A stretch of 64,000 bases of DNA, from positions 2,912,001-2,976,000 of the forward strand of contig OZ243913.1 of NCBI GenBank assembly GCA_965213705.1, read 5' to 3'. The DNA is from Trueperaceae bacterium (GTDB taxonomy: Bacteria; Deinococcota; Deinococci; Deinococcales; Trueperaceae). Below are positions 20,345-31,525 of this stretch, piece after piece (positions within the stretch are counted from its first letter, which is position 1; the number at the start of each line of letters is the position of its first letter). Position numbers and translations under genes: made by a program. The notes under the pieces are model-generated. The model did not search any database, was not told the origin of the DNA, and saw only the letters and a list, made by a program, of their open reading frames with translations.

Positions 20345-22427
20345 AAAACCCGAGGCGAAGCGCGCCGAGGTCAAACGGAAACGTCCCGTACGCCTGAGCG
20401 TGCTGGCGGGCGTTTGCGTGGTGGCCCTGACCGGTTTGCTCTTCAGCGTTTACGGCGTACAAACCCAAAACACCCTAAAAGTCGGTGAGCCGAGCCCGAA
20501 GACTTTCCGCGCCCCAGTCGCCACGGAAGTCACCGACCCGGTTCTTACCGAGAGCGAGCGGCAAGCCGCCCGCTCACAAGTCCAGACCATTTCGTCTACC
20601 GACGCAGCCGTGCAGCGGCTCGTGGTCAACGCGGTTACCGCGGCGGGGCTGCCCGAAGAGGTCGAGACCCTGCTCGTCGCGGCCTACCGCAAACCCGGCG
20701 GTGTGGACGAAGCGCGCCGCCAAGAACTTATCCAGCAAGCGGTCGCGCTCGCGCCGGCGGCGCGGCAACAAGAGGTAAGACTGCTGCTCGAGCGCCGTCT
20801 CCTCACCACCTCGGCGCCCAACATCACGCAGACCAAAGCCGCCCAAGACGCCGCCGCCGCCGCCGTCAAACCCGTGTTGCAAACGCTCAAAGCCGGCCAG
20901 ATTATCGTCCGCGAGGGCGACGCCGTGAGCGAGGACCAACTCAGGGCGTTGGAAACCCTGGGCTTATACAACGCGAGAAGCGACGTGGTCAACCGCCAAT
21001 TGCGGATTTTTCTGAGCTGCTTGCTGTTGGCTTTGCTCCTGAGCTTGCCGCTGCTTTACGCCGTGCGGCGCTTGAACACCCTGACGTTCGAGCAGCTGGC
21101 ATTTCTGGTCGCGCTGACCCTGGTGACTTTGGCGGCCCAGCGCGTGGCGTTTTTCCTGAACCCTTACCTTTTGTTTGTGTTTTTGCTGCCCCTTCTGGTC
21201 GCCGTGCTCGTTTCGGAATTTGCAGGCGTCCTGTGGACGGTGTGGCTGGCCGTGGCGCTGGGTTTGTTCGACCCGGGCTCGCCGCTTTTTACCGTACTGA
21301 CCACGCTGGGTGGCGGCTTAGCGGCAAGCCTGCTGGCAAGGCGCTTTAAAACGCGCACCTCGCTTTTACTGGCCGGGGCGGTGAGCGGCGTGGTCGGGGC
21401 GCTGAGCTTTGGGTTGCTGCTGCTGCTCTACGGCACGACGCCGGGGCTCGTGACGGTGTTCGACCTGCTGTTCGTGGTCGGCGGCGGACTGGTCGCGGGG
21501 ACGTTGGCGCTGGGCTTGTTGCCGCTGGCGGAAACCCTGTTCGACTTTCTTACCGAGTTCCGACTCGCCGAGCTTTCCAACCCTAGTTCGCCTTTGCTAC
21601 AGCGGTTGTTGTTGGAGGCTCCCGGCACGTACCAGCACAGCTTAATCATCTCGAACTTGGTCGAGCAGGCCGTGACCAACATCGGCGGCGACGCGTTGCT
21701 GGCGCGGGTCGGGGCGCTCTATCACGACGTGGGCAAGCTCAAGCGGCCCCAGTTTTTTGTAGAAAACCAGTTTTCCGGCGACAACCCGCACAACACGCTG
21801 TCGCCCCACCTCAGCTACCTCATCATCATCAACCACGTGCGCGACGGCCTGGAACTGTTGCGCGAGTACAAGCTGCCCAAACGGCTCGAGGCTTTCGCGG
21901 GCGAACACCACGGCACCACCGTGTTGAGCTACTTTTACAAACGCGCGCTCGAGGACAGCGCCAAACTGGACGAACTGAATTTTCGCTACCCGGGGCCGCG
22001 GCCCCAGAGTAAAGAAACCGCCGTCCTCATGATAGCCGACGCGGTCGAGTCCGCCTCGCGCACCTTGTCGGAGCCGAGCCAGGGCTCGATTCGCGCGCTT
22101 ATCGACCGGCTTATCGAACTGCGGCTCCAAGACGGGCAGCTTGCCGACAGCCCCTTGAACTTTCATGACTTAGAGGTTATCGCCAGCACCTTTGAAAGGA
22201 TGCTGACCGGCATTTTGCACCGCCGCGTCAGTTACCCGACGAGCGAGGAAATCCAAAGCCTCAAACGCGGCGACAACCGGGTCAGTGTGACGCACGGTGC
22301 AGCTCAAAGCGGCGTGGCTCAAAGCGGCGCTGCCCCGACCGACGCGCGCAGTGGCGACACGCGTGGAGAGACACATGGTGGAGATACTCAACGAAACCCC
22401 GCGGTCCCTGCCGCTGGGACGCCTTAA
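20328..22427 (+). CDS. 7TM-HD phosphohydrolase (PgpH/YqfF-like, putative c-di-AMP phosphodiesterase)
   Basis: Extracellular domain, TM bundle, APGTYQHS, YHDVGK, EHHGT, FRYPGPRPQS, ADAVESA. Confidence 0.9.
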   Translation: MTKRAKKPEAKRAEVKRKRPVRLSVLAGVCVVALTGLLFSVYGVQTQNTLKVGEPSPKTFRAPVATEVTDPVLTESERQAARSQVQTISSTDAAVQRLVVNAVTAAGLPEEVETLLVAAYRKPGGVDEARRQELIQQAVALAPAARQQEVRLLLERRLLTTSAPNITQTKAAQDAAAAAVKPVLQTLKAGQIIVREGDAVSEDQLRALETLGLYNARSDVVNRQLRIFLSCLLLALLLSLPLLYAVRRLNTLTFEQLAFLVALTLVTLAAQRVAFFLNPYLLFVFLLPLLVAVLVSEFAGVLWTVWLAVALGLFDPGSPLFTVLTTLGGGLAASLLARRFKTRTSLLLAGAVSGVVGALSFGLLLLLYGTTPGLVTVFDLLFVVGGGLVAGTLALGLLPLAETLFDFLTEFRLAELSNPSSPLLQRLLLEAPGTYQHSLIISNLVEQAVTNIGGDALLARVGALYHDVGKLKRPQFFVENQFSGDNPHNTLSPHLSYLIIINHVRDGLELLREYKLPKRLEAFAGEHHGTTVLSYFYKRALEDSAKLDELNFRYPGPRPQSKETAVLMIADAVESASRTLSEPSQGSIRALIDRLIELRLQDGQLADSPLNFHDLEVIASTFERMLTGILHRRVSYPTSEEIQSLKRGDNRVSVTHGAAQSGVAQSGAAPTDARSGDTRGETHGGDTQRNPAVPAAGTP

Positions 22428-22809
22428 AAAAACGCTGCGCCGCTGTCTGAACGAAGTGGGTGTGACGCGCACCGTCACGCTCGTCTTGTGCCGTGACGCC
22501 GCGATTCACGAACTTAACTTAGCGCACCGCGGCGTGGACGCGCCCACCGACGTTCTTTCTTATCCTTTGACCGAGCCCGGCGACGTCGCTGTACCCGAGG
22601 TGGAGCAGCTCGGCGACGTCTTCGTCAGTGTGGACACGGCGGCGCGGCAAGCCGAGGCGCACGGTCACACCTTGGCTGAAGAAATCCTCGTGTTGAGCGC
22701 GCACGGCATCATGCACTTGCGCGGTTTCGACCATCCTACGGAGGCGGCGTGGCAAACCTTTCACGCGGCGCAAACGCGCGCCCTAGAGCTGTTTCGGGAA
22801 AAGCGCTGA
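22375..22809 (+). CDS. ybeY: rRNA maturation endoribonuclease YbeY
   Basis: LN..HRG.D.PTDVLSY, LGDVFVS, HGIMHLRGFDH; ATG 22375 after GGAG. Confidence 0.93.
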   Translation: MVEILNETPRSLPLGRLKKTLRRCLNEVGVTRTVTLVLCRDAAIHELNLAHRGVDAPTDVLSYPLTEPGDVAVPEVEQLGDVFVSVDTAARQAEAHGHTLAEEILVLSAHGIMHLRGFDHPTEAAWQTFHAAQTRALELFREKR

Positions 22810-23171
22810 GCAGAGCGCGCTTGAAAGCGTCGTTCGGGTTTGCCCTGGCCGGGTTGCGCTACGCCTGGACGCACGAACCCAACTTCCGCGTCGAGTGCTG
22901 GCTGGGCGTGGCGGCCGTGACCTTAGCACTCTTGTCAGGCGCGGCGCTCGTCCCAATCCTCCTCTGTTGCGCTCTGGTCTTGAGTCTGGAACTCGTCAAC
23001 AGCGCCGTGGAAGCCGTTGTCGACCTCGTCACGCCGGAGTTGCACCCGCTCGCCAAGCTCGCCAAAGACGCCGCCGCCGCCGCCGTGCTGCTCGCTTCGC
23101 TGGTAGCGCTGGCCGTCGGGCTGTGGGTACTGGGACCGCCCTTGTGGTCCAAACTGGGTACGCTGCTGTGA
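22749..23171 (+). CDS. dgkA: Diacylglycerol/undecaprenol kinase (true start probably near 22806-22821)
   Basis: SFGFALAG, EPNFR, ELVNSAVEAVVD, AKDAAAAAV. Confidence 0.9.
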   Translation: MANLSRGANARPRAVSGKALSRARLKASFGFALAGLRYAWTHEPNFRVECWLGVAAVTLALLSGAALVPILLCCALVLSLELVNSAVEAVVDLVTPELHPLAKLAKDAAAAAVLLASLVALAVGLWVLGPPLWSKLGTLL

Positions 23172-23211
23172 AAGGTGCAACCCTCTCGAGAACGAGAACA
23201 GGAAGGCTGGT

Positions 23212-23631
23212 ATGACAACCCGGTTCACGAACGACCCGCACAAAGACGACCTTCCCGCCGACCTTTTGAGCGCCGCAAAAACGGCCTTCGACAACGCCTA
23301 CGCGCCCTACTCAAAGTTCAAGGTCGGTGCGGCCCTGCGCGGCGCGAGCGGCGCGGTTTATGCCGGGGCCAACGTCGAAAACGCTTCTTACGGCTTGGGC
23401 CGCTGCGCCGAGCAGTCGGCGGTGCAAGCGCTGGCAAGTGCGGGCGAGCGCAGTTTCGACAAAATAGTCGTCTACACCGAGGCCGAACGGCCGGCGACGC
23501 CCTGCGGGGCGTGCCGGCAGGTGCTGCTTGAATTCGCCCCCGACGCCGCGCTTTACCTCGTCAACCACAAAGACGAGGTCAAACGGTACAGCGTGCGCGA
23601 CCTGTTGCCCGACGCATTCGTGCTCGACTGA
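23212..23631 (+). CDS. cdd: Cytidine deaminase
   Basis: AYAPYSKFKVGAA, NVENASYG..CAE, PCGACRQ. Confidence 0.96.
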   Translation: MTTRFTNDPHKDDLPADLLSAAKTAFDNAYAPYSKFKVGAALRGASGAVYAGANVENASYGLGRCAEQSAVQALASAGERSFDKIVVYTEAERPATPCGACRQVLLEFAPDAALYLVNHKDEVKRYSVRDLLPDAFVLD

Positions 23632-23747
23632 TATTTATTATTTACAAGGTACCGAGCCCCGGGTCGAACGCGGCTCGAGCGTCGGCCGTCCATCCGGCGC
23701 TTTCACTTCATACCCTTCTCACGCCTGGGACGGTATACTCCCACCTG

Positions 23748-25865
23748 ATGAAACGTTACTTTTTTACTTTTATAAGCTTGATTTTTGTGTGTGCGACGTT
23801 TGTTTCGGCGCAAGAGGTCACCCGCGTCGCCGTTTTGCCCTTCGACGCGCAGGGCGGTACCGACACCTACGGCTTCGGCATGGCGACCGCCTTGCAGCGC
23901 AGCCTCAACGTTATCGACAACGTGTACGCCGCCCCGGTCGGCGACACTTTTTTGTATACCCGTCGGTTGATTGACGAAAACCGTGTCAGCGTCGAAAACG
24001 TGGCGAGCGCGTTCGGCGCGTCGGTGGTGGTGAGCGGCCGCTTGGCCGTTCAAGCCGACAGCGCGGCGGCCGTGCTCAGCTTCGCCGGTCCTCGCTATCC
24101 GAACGCCAAGGACGTCAGTTTGAGCGTCGCGTCCGGTAGCCCGGCCGCCCTGAGCACGGCCGTGGTGGACGCCGTCATAAACGAGCTGGCGTTGGGCGTG
24201 TCGGCGAGCGACCGCACCCAACTCGGCGCGGTCACCGCGCAGACCCCGTCGGTGCCGAGCCTCGCCGCGGTGGCGCAGGGCGCGCTGCGTTTGCCCACCG
24301 CGACGCTCACAGCGCTCGCCAACGCCACAGCGCTCGACCCGAACAGCAGTTGGGTGCAGTCCGAATACGCCCGCGCTCTAGCGCTCGCGGGCAACCTTCA
24401 AGACGCCCTGGCAGCGTCTCAAAAAGCCGTCGACTTAGCGCCCAACGACGCCGAGGCGCTCGTCGTGCGGGGCATCATCTTGCAAGCGGCGGGCGACGCG
24501 GACACGGCCGTGACCGTTTTCGACGCCGCTTTGGCCCTCAACCCCGCGCACGCCTACGCTTTGGCGGGCAAAGGAAATGTGACCGGCGACGCCACCCTGC
24601 TCGAGCGCGCGGTGAGCGCCTATCCTCGCCTGGTGGACGCCTACCTCACGCTGGCGCGGCTACAACAGGGCAACCCGCAAGCCGCCCTGCAAACCCTGCG
24701 GCGCGGCGCGGCGGCGGTGCCCGAATCGGTTGCGTTGCACGGCGCGTTTATGCAAATCGCCATCGGTTTGGGCGACGCGAGCGGTGCGCTCGCCTACCTG
24801 CAGGGCGTGCTCGCCACGCAAACCGACCCTTCGGCGGGACTTTACAGTTTGGCAGCGTTGTTGCCGGACGGCGACGCCGGCGCCCTCACCCTCGTTCAGC
24901 AGGGTCTGGAGCGTTACCCGAACGACCCCGTCTTGGCCCTCGCCAGCGCCGACCTGCTGGAGCGAAGCGGCGATACTCCCGGGGCCGAGGTCGCCCTGAG
25001 CGCGTCGCTCGCCGCCAACTCCGACAACGTCCAGGTCGCCAACGCCCTCGCCATTTTGCAGGCAAAGCGCGGCGACACCGAGGCCGCCCGGGACACGCTG
25101 GCCTCGGTCGGGGCTCAAAACGAGGTCTCGAGCTTCAACCTGGCGCAACTCTACTTGCAAGCCGGCCAGACCGACGCCGCCCTGACGACCTTGGAACCCC
25201 TCGTCGCCGCCAACCCGGACGACGCGGAGTTGCAGGCGCTCTACGGCAACGCTCTCGGCCGGGCCGGGCGCACGCAGGAGGCCGACGCGGCCTTTGAGCG
25301 CGCGCTCAGCATCGACCCCAACTTAGAAAGTGCTCGGCGAGCGAGCGCGCTCGCCGAGCAGCAAAACGCCCTGACCGGCGGTCAAAGGGTGGAACTCAAC
25401 GCCGACGCCGCCGCGGCGCTCGCCGAAGGCCAAAGCGCGCTCCAAACCGGCGACTACAGCGGCGCGGCCAGCGCTTTCGGCAGGGCGCGCGCGGCGCAAG
25501 ACGACGGCCTCGTCGCTTTTTACCAGGGCTACGCGCTGTACCTGACCGGTCAAACCCGCGCCGCCGCAGACGCCTACGCCAGGGCCGCAGAGGCCTACCC
25601 GGAGAGTGACGCCGTTTTGAGCAACCTGGGTCTGGCACAGTTGGAGTTGGGCCGTCTGGACTTGGCGCTGTCCAACTTGGAAAAAGCGGTCGCGGCCAAC
25701 GACCAAAACGCCAACGCGCACCTCAACTTGGGGCAAGCCAACTACGAACTCGGGCGCTACGGCGCGGCGGTCGCCGAGTGGGACAGGGCGTTGGCGCTCG
25801 AGCCCGGTCTGGAAAGCGTGTTGGGCGACAGGTTGGCGGACGCCCGCGCCAAGGCCGGCCAGTAA
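23748..25865 (+). CDS. Secreted tetratricopeptide repeat protein
   Basis: Signal peptide, VAVLPF TolB-N-like start, many TPR units (A..LDP, ALALNP); TATACT 8 nt upstream. Confidence 0.85.
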   Translation: MKRYFFTFISLIFVCATFVSAQEVTRVAVLPFDAQGGTDTYGFGMATALQRSLNVIDNVYAAPVGDTFLYTRRLIDENRVSVENVASAFGASVVVSGRLAVQADSAAAVLSFAGPRYPNAKDVSLSVASGSPAALSTAVVDAVINELALGVSASDRTQLGAVTAQTPSVPSLAAVAQGALRLPTATLTALANATALDPNSSWVQSEYARALALAGNLQDALAASQKAVDLAPNDAEALVVRGIILQAAGDADTAVTVFDAALALNPAHAYALAGKGNVTGDATLLERAVSAYPRLVDAYLTLARLQQGNPQAALQTLRRGAAAVPESVALHGAFMQIAIGLGDASGALAYLQGVLATQTDPSAGLYSLAALLPDGDAGALTLVQQGLERYPNDPVLALASADLLERSGDTPGAEVALSASLAANSDNVQVANALAILQAKRGDTEAARDTLASVGAQNEVSSFNLAQLYLQAGQTDAALTTLEPLVAANPDDAELQALYGNALGRAGRTQEADAAFERALSIDPNLESARRASALAEQQNALTGGQRVELNADAAAALAEGQSALQTGDYSGAASAFGRARAAQDDGLVAFYQGYALYLTGQTRAAADAYARAAEAYPESDAVLSNLGLAQLELGRLDLALSNLEKAVAANDQNANAHLNLGQANYELGRYGAAVAEWDRALALEPGLESVLGDRLADARAKAGQ

Positions 25866-25924
25866 CGAGCTGGGTAGTCGGAAAATCCCAGCGGCGTTTG
25901 CGCTCGAGCGGTAAACTGACCCCT

Positions 25925-26989
25925 ATGAACCTTCGCCCCGACCTTTTGGCAGCGCCGGCGTACCACTTTATGCGCCGAACTCAGGCCGTCAAACTCGACC
26001 AGAACGAGTCCCCCTACGACCTGCCCGACGACCTCAAAGAGCGTGTGTTGCAGCGTCTCGCCGCGGTACCGTTCAACCGTTACCCGGACATCGACGCGCA
26101 GGGGGTCAGGGCGAAGTTGGCCGAGGTTCACGGCTGGCCGGGGGGCGTCGTGGTTGCGGGCGGCTCGAACGTCCTCATCCAGGCCCTCGTCACCGCGGCG
26201 GGTCTGGGCCGGAGCGTGCTCACGGTCGCCCCGACTTTTTCCGTGTACGGGCTCCAGGCCAAACTTCAGGGCGCGCGGTTTACCGAATGTCCGCTGCAAG
26301 AGGCGTTTGAACTGCCCTTAAAAGCCTTAAAACGTGAACTGGGGCAAGGTGAGGGGGTCTTCTTTTTAGCCAACCCCGCCGCCCCGACCGGCAACGTGTT
26401 TGCCCCTGAAGCCCTGCTCGAGCTGGCCGAGGCGTCCCGGAACAGCTGGCTGTTCGTCGTCGACGAAGCGTATCAGCAGTTTTCCGGCAGCGACGCCACG
26501 CCGCTCGTTCGGCGCTACCCGCACGTGGTGAGCCTGCGCACCTTGAGCAAAGCTTTCGGTTTGGGCGGCGTGCGGCTCGGCTACGCGCTGGTGCAAGACG
26601 AACTCGCCGAGCAGTTGCAAAAAGCGGTCACGCCTTTTTCGGTCTCGGCGCTGCAGCTTGCGGTCGCCGAGACGGTGCTCGCCGCGCCCGGCTACGCAGA
26701 GCACTACGTCGCCGAAGCGAAGCGCGAGCGCGAGCGGCTGTTCGCCGCGCTGCAAATCCTTCCCGGCGTGACGCCTTACCCCTCGAGCACGAACTTTATC
26801 CTTTTCAAAGTACCCGACGCCGCACGCGTGTTTGGAGCGCTGCTACAGCGCGACGTGGTGGTGCGCCGCCAGGACCACCTGCCCGGTCTGACGGGCTGCT
26901 TGCGCGTGTCGGTGGGCACGCCTCCGCAGAACGACACCTTTTTGAGGGCGCTCAGCGCCGCCCTGCAGCCGGTGGTCAGCGGTGGCTAA
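25925..26989 (+). CDS. hisC: Histidinol-phosphate aminotransferase
   Basis: KLDQNE, NRYPD, VDEAY, RTLSKAFGL..RLGY PLP lysine; TAAACT 7 nt upstream of ATG 25925. Confidence 0.93.
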   Translation: MNLRPDLLAAPAYHFMRRTQAVKLDQNESPYDLPDDLKERVLQRLAAVPFNRYPDIDAQGVRAKLAEVHGWPGGVVVAGGSNVLIQALVTAAGLGRSVLTVAPTFSVYGLQAKLQGARFTECPLQEAFELPLKALKRELGQGEGVFFLANPAAPTGNVFAPEALLELAEASRNSWLFVVDEAYQQFSGSDATPLVRRYPHVVSLRTLSKAFGLGGVRLGYALVQDELAEQLQKAVTPFSVSALQLAVAETVLAAPGYAEHYVAEAKRERERLFAALQILPGVTPYPSSTNFILFKVPDAARVFGALLQRDVVVRRQDHLPGLTGCLRVSVGTPPQNDTFLRALSAALQPVVSGG

Positions 26990-27620
26990 GACGGCTGGGG
27001 CTGAGGCGGCTGGTGCTGAGGCGGCTGGGGTTGAGGCGGCTGGCGCTAGGACTGCGACGATAGAGCGCACCACGCGCGAAACCGACGTCAAGCTGAGCCT
27101 CGACCTCGACGCGGCGGGCGGCAGCGTTGCCACCGGCCACGGTTTTGTGGACCACTTGCTCGAGCAGGTCGCCAAACACGGTCGCCTCTTTTTGGAGGTG
27201 ACCGCGCAGGGCGACCTTCACGTCGATGTTCATCACTTGGCGGAAGATTTAGGCATCGCCCTGGGCCAAGCCTTCGACACCGCCCTCGGTGACCGGCGCG
27301 GTTTGGAACGCTACGCAGACGCGTTTGTGCCGATGGACGAAAGCCTCGCCCACGTCGTCCTGGACTTCTCGGGACGACCCTTCATCGCGTTCGAGCCTGC
27401 GGGGTTCGAGGGCGACGCGAACGGCTTCAACATGCACCACCTCCGCGAGTTTTTACGCGGCTTTTGCAACCACGCCCGGGTGACCCTGCACGTGCGAGTC
27501 TTGAGCGGCGTCGAAACGCACCACGTCGCCGAGGCGGTGGTCAAGGCTTTTGCCCGCTCGCTCTTCGCGGCCAGCCGCATAACCTCGGACGAACTCCCCT
27601 CGACCAAAGGTTTGTTGTGA
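26982..27620 (+). CDS. hisB: Imidazoleglycerol-phosphate dehydratase with N-terminal AGAEA repeats
   Basis: RTTRETD, GDLHVDVHHLAED, PMDESL, HHVAEAVVKA, PSTKG. Confidence 0.95.
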   Translation: MAKTAGAEAAGAEAAGVEAAGARTATIERTTRETDVKLSLDLDAAGGSVATGHGFVDHLLEQVAKHGRLFLEVTAQGDLHVDVHHLAEDLGIALGQAFDTALGDRRGLERYADAFVPMDESLAHVVLDFSGRPFIAFEPAGFEGDANGFNMHHLREFLRGFCNHARVTLHVRVLSGVETHHVAEAVVKAFARSLFAASRITSDELPSTKGLL

Positions 27621-27668
27621 CGAACAGTTCAAAACGTAGACTCGCCGCCGTGGCAACGCTGTGAAGCT

Positions 27669-28355
27669 GTGACAGGTACTGTGAAAACCGCGCTCATCGA
27701 CTACGGTGCAGGCAACTTGCACAGCGTCCACAAGGCGCTTTTGCGCGCCGGTTTCGACACCGTTCCGACCGACGACCCTGCCGTCGCCGCGGACGCAGCC
27801 GTACTGGTGCTGCCGGGCCAAGGACACTTTCGACAGGTGATGGAGGCTTTTCTGAGTTCGGGGTTCGAGCCCGTGGTGCGCGCGCACCTCGCCGCGCGCA
27901 AGCCGTTTTTGGGGATTTGTGTCGGTCTGCAACTCCTGATGCAAACGTCTGAAGAAGCGCCCGGGTTGCCCGGTTTGGGCGTGTTGCAGGGAACGGTCAA
28001 ACGTTTTCCGCGCGGGGTAAGCGTCCCGCAGATGGGCTGGAACCAACTTCACCCGCAGGGTCGGCCGCCTTTGCTGGACGGCGTGGCAGAAGGGGCGTTC
28101 GTGTATTTCGCCAACTCCTATTACGTCGAATTCGCGACCAACCTGCCGGGCGCGACCACACGTTACGGCGGCGTGACCTTCAAGAGTGCGGTATGCGACG
28201 GTCCACTGAACGCGGTCCAGTTTCACCCGGAAAAGAGCCAAGGCGTAGGCTTGCGCGTCCTGAAAAATTTTTACGACAGCGTGCGGGAGAGCGGGCCGGA
28301 GGGGAAGCGGACGGACACCCGAGTAAAACTTGCAGTGCAGAAAGGACCCGAGTGA
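27669..28355 (+). CDS. hisH: Imidazole glycerol phosphate synthase glutaminase subunit
   Basis: DYGAGNL, LPGQG, GICVGLQ, VPQMGWN, QFHPEKS. Confidence 0.96.
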   Translation: MTGTVKTALIDYGAGNLHSVHKALLRAGFDTVPTDDPAVAADAAVLVLPGQGHFRQVMEAFLSSGFEPVVRAHLAARKPFLGICVGLQLLMQTSEEAPGLPGLGVLQGTVKRFPRGVSVPQMGWNQLHPQGRPPLLDGVAEGAFVYFANSYYVEFATNLPGATTRYGGVTFKSAVCDGPLNAVQFHPEKSQGVGLRVLKNFYDSVRESGPEGKRTDTRVKLAVQKGPE

Positions 28356-29014
28356 AGCGCGACCTCATTTTCATCCTGGGCCTGTTGCTGGCAACCCTGG
28401 GCCACGCCCAACCGTGGACGGTGCAAACCGTGGCGCTGCAAGACTACGGCGAAGCGCTCGCCGTCAGCGACCAGTTGAGGGCGCTCAGCTACGACGCCTA
28501 CGTCGACTTTGGGCTGTACGAAGGCCAGCAGTTCGTGCGGGTGCGGGTCGGCTGTTTTGACGACCAAGACAGCGCCGCTTTTTTTGCGAGCCAACTCGTC
28601 GGCGTCACGGCCGAGGCGGTCGCGGTCCCGCTCGAGGCGGCTCCCAAGACTTCGTTCTGTGTGCAGCGCGTGGTCGGTTTCGAGCCGCCGCCGGTTTGGG
28701 GCGTGCTGGGAACGACCGCGTCCGCCGTCAGCTTTTGGGTCGAGGTGCTCGGGCAGCGGCGCTTTGTCGTTTTTACCGGAACCGCGTGGCGCGTCGCACA
28801 GTCCGAGCAAGACGTCGCCGACCTCACCCGAACGGCAACGGCCGAGCGAGGTGCGGCCCTTTTCCGGCAAGACGCAAACGCGCGCGTCTTATGCGACTGG
28901 CGCGGGACGCCCTTCAACGTGACGACGGGACAACTGCTCTGGCAGGGCGGCGCGTGGGCAATCGTCCTGGAAGCCGGTGCGGTCACGGCGTATCATGTGG
29001 AGGGTGTCGACTAG
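28352..29014 (+). CDS. SPOR-domain secreted protein
   Basis: Signal peptide, WTVQTVAL...A..L...YDAYV...RVRVGCF; GTG 28352 overlaps the hisH stop. Confidence 0.65.
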   Translation: MKRDLIFILGLLLATLGHAQPWTVQTVALQDYGEALAVSDQLRALSYDAYVDFGLYEGQQFVRVRVGCFDDQDSAAFFASQLVGVTAEAVAVPLEAAPKTSFCVQRVVGFEPPPVWGVLGTTASAVSFWVEVLGQRRFVVFTGTAWRVAQSEQDVADLTRTATAERGAALFRQDANARVLCDWRGTPFNVTTGQLLWQGGAWAIVLEAGAVTAYHVEGVD

Positions 29015-29028
29015 ATGAGAGACAGAAT

Positions 29029-29884
29029 GTGAAACGCTTCGTTATTTTGACGGGTTTGAGTGGGGCGGGCAAAACGACCGGTTTGCACGCCCTGGAGGAC
29101 TTGGGCTTTTTTACGGCCGACAACGTGCCGCCGAGCTTGTGGCTCGGCCTCGTCGCCGAAGCCGAAGCGGCGGGGTACGAAACGCTGGCGGTCGGCGTGG
29201 ACATTCGCACGCGGGCGTACTTAGGCGAACTTGACGAGCGCTTGCTCGAGCTTCAAAGCAAAAACATCCACGCCGAAATCGTCTTTTTGGACGCCGCCGA
29301 CGACGTACTCGTCAAGCGCTACAACCTCACGCGGCGCACCCACCCGCTCGGGCAAGCGCCCCTGTCGAACGACATTGCCGCCGAGCGCGAGGCGCTGGGC
29401 TTTTTGCGCGCTCACGCCGAAATCGTGCTGGACACGTCGCGCCGCAGCGCCAAGGACTTAGTCGAGACGCTTTCCCAGCACTTCGGCCGCGAGCAAAAGT
29501 TTCGGCTGCGCCTGGTCTCTTTCGGGTTCAAACGCGGGGTGCCGATAGACGCGGACAACGTTTTCGACCTGCGCGCGTTGCCCAACCCGTATTACGACCC
29601 CGCGCTGCGACCCATCGACGGCCGCGACCCGCGGGTACAGGCCTACGTCTTTACACCGAGCACCCTGGAATTTTACACGCAGATGCGGGAATTCATCCGC
29701 GAACTCTGCGTGATGGCGCGGGCGACGGGACGCTCGAGCTACACCGTGGCGGTGGGCTGTACGGGCGGTCAACACCGCTCGGTCGCGGTGTCCGAACGCT
29801 TGGCGGCAGACTTCGCCGACACCTTCTCGTTGTTCGTCGAACACCGCGACGTCGCCGCCGCCCTGCAAGAACACGTAGGCAACC

Positions 29885-29892
<8 letters not shown>
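29029..29892 (+). CDS. rapZ: RNase adapter / P-loop NTPase RapZ (YvcJ)
   Basis: TGLSGAGKT, DIR, RRTHPL, SFGFKRG, DLRALPNPYY, GCTGGQHRSV. Confidence 0.95.
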
Positions 29893-31521
<1,629 letters not shown>

Positions 31522-31525
<4 letters not shown>

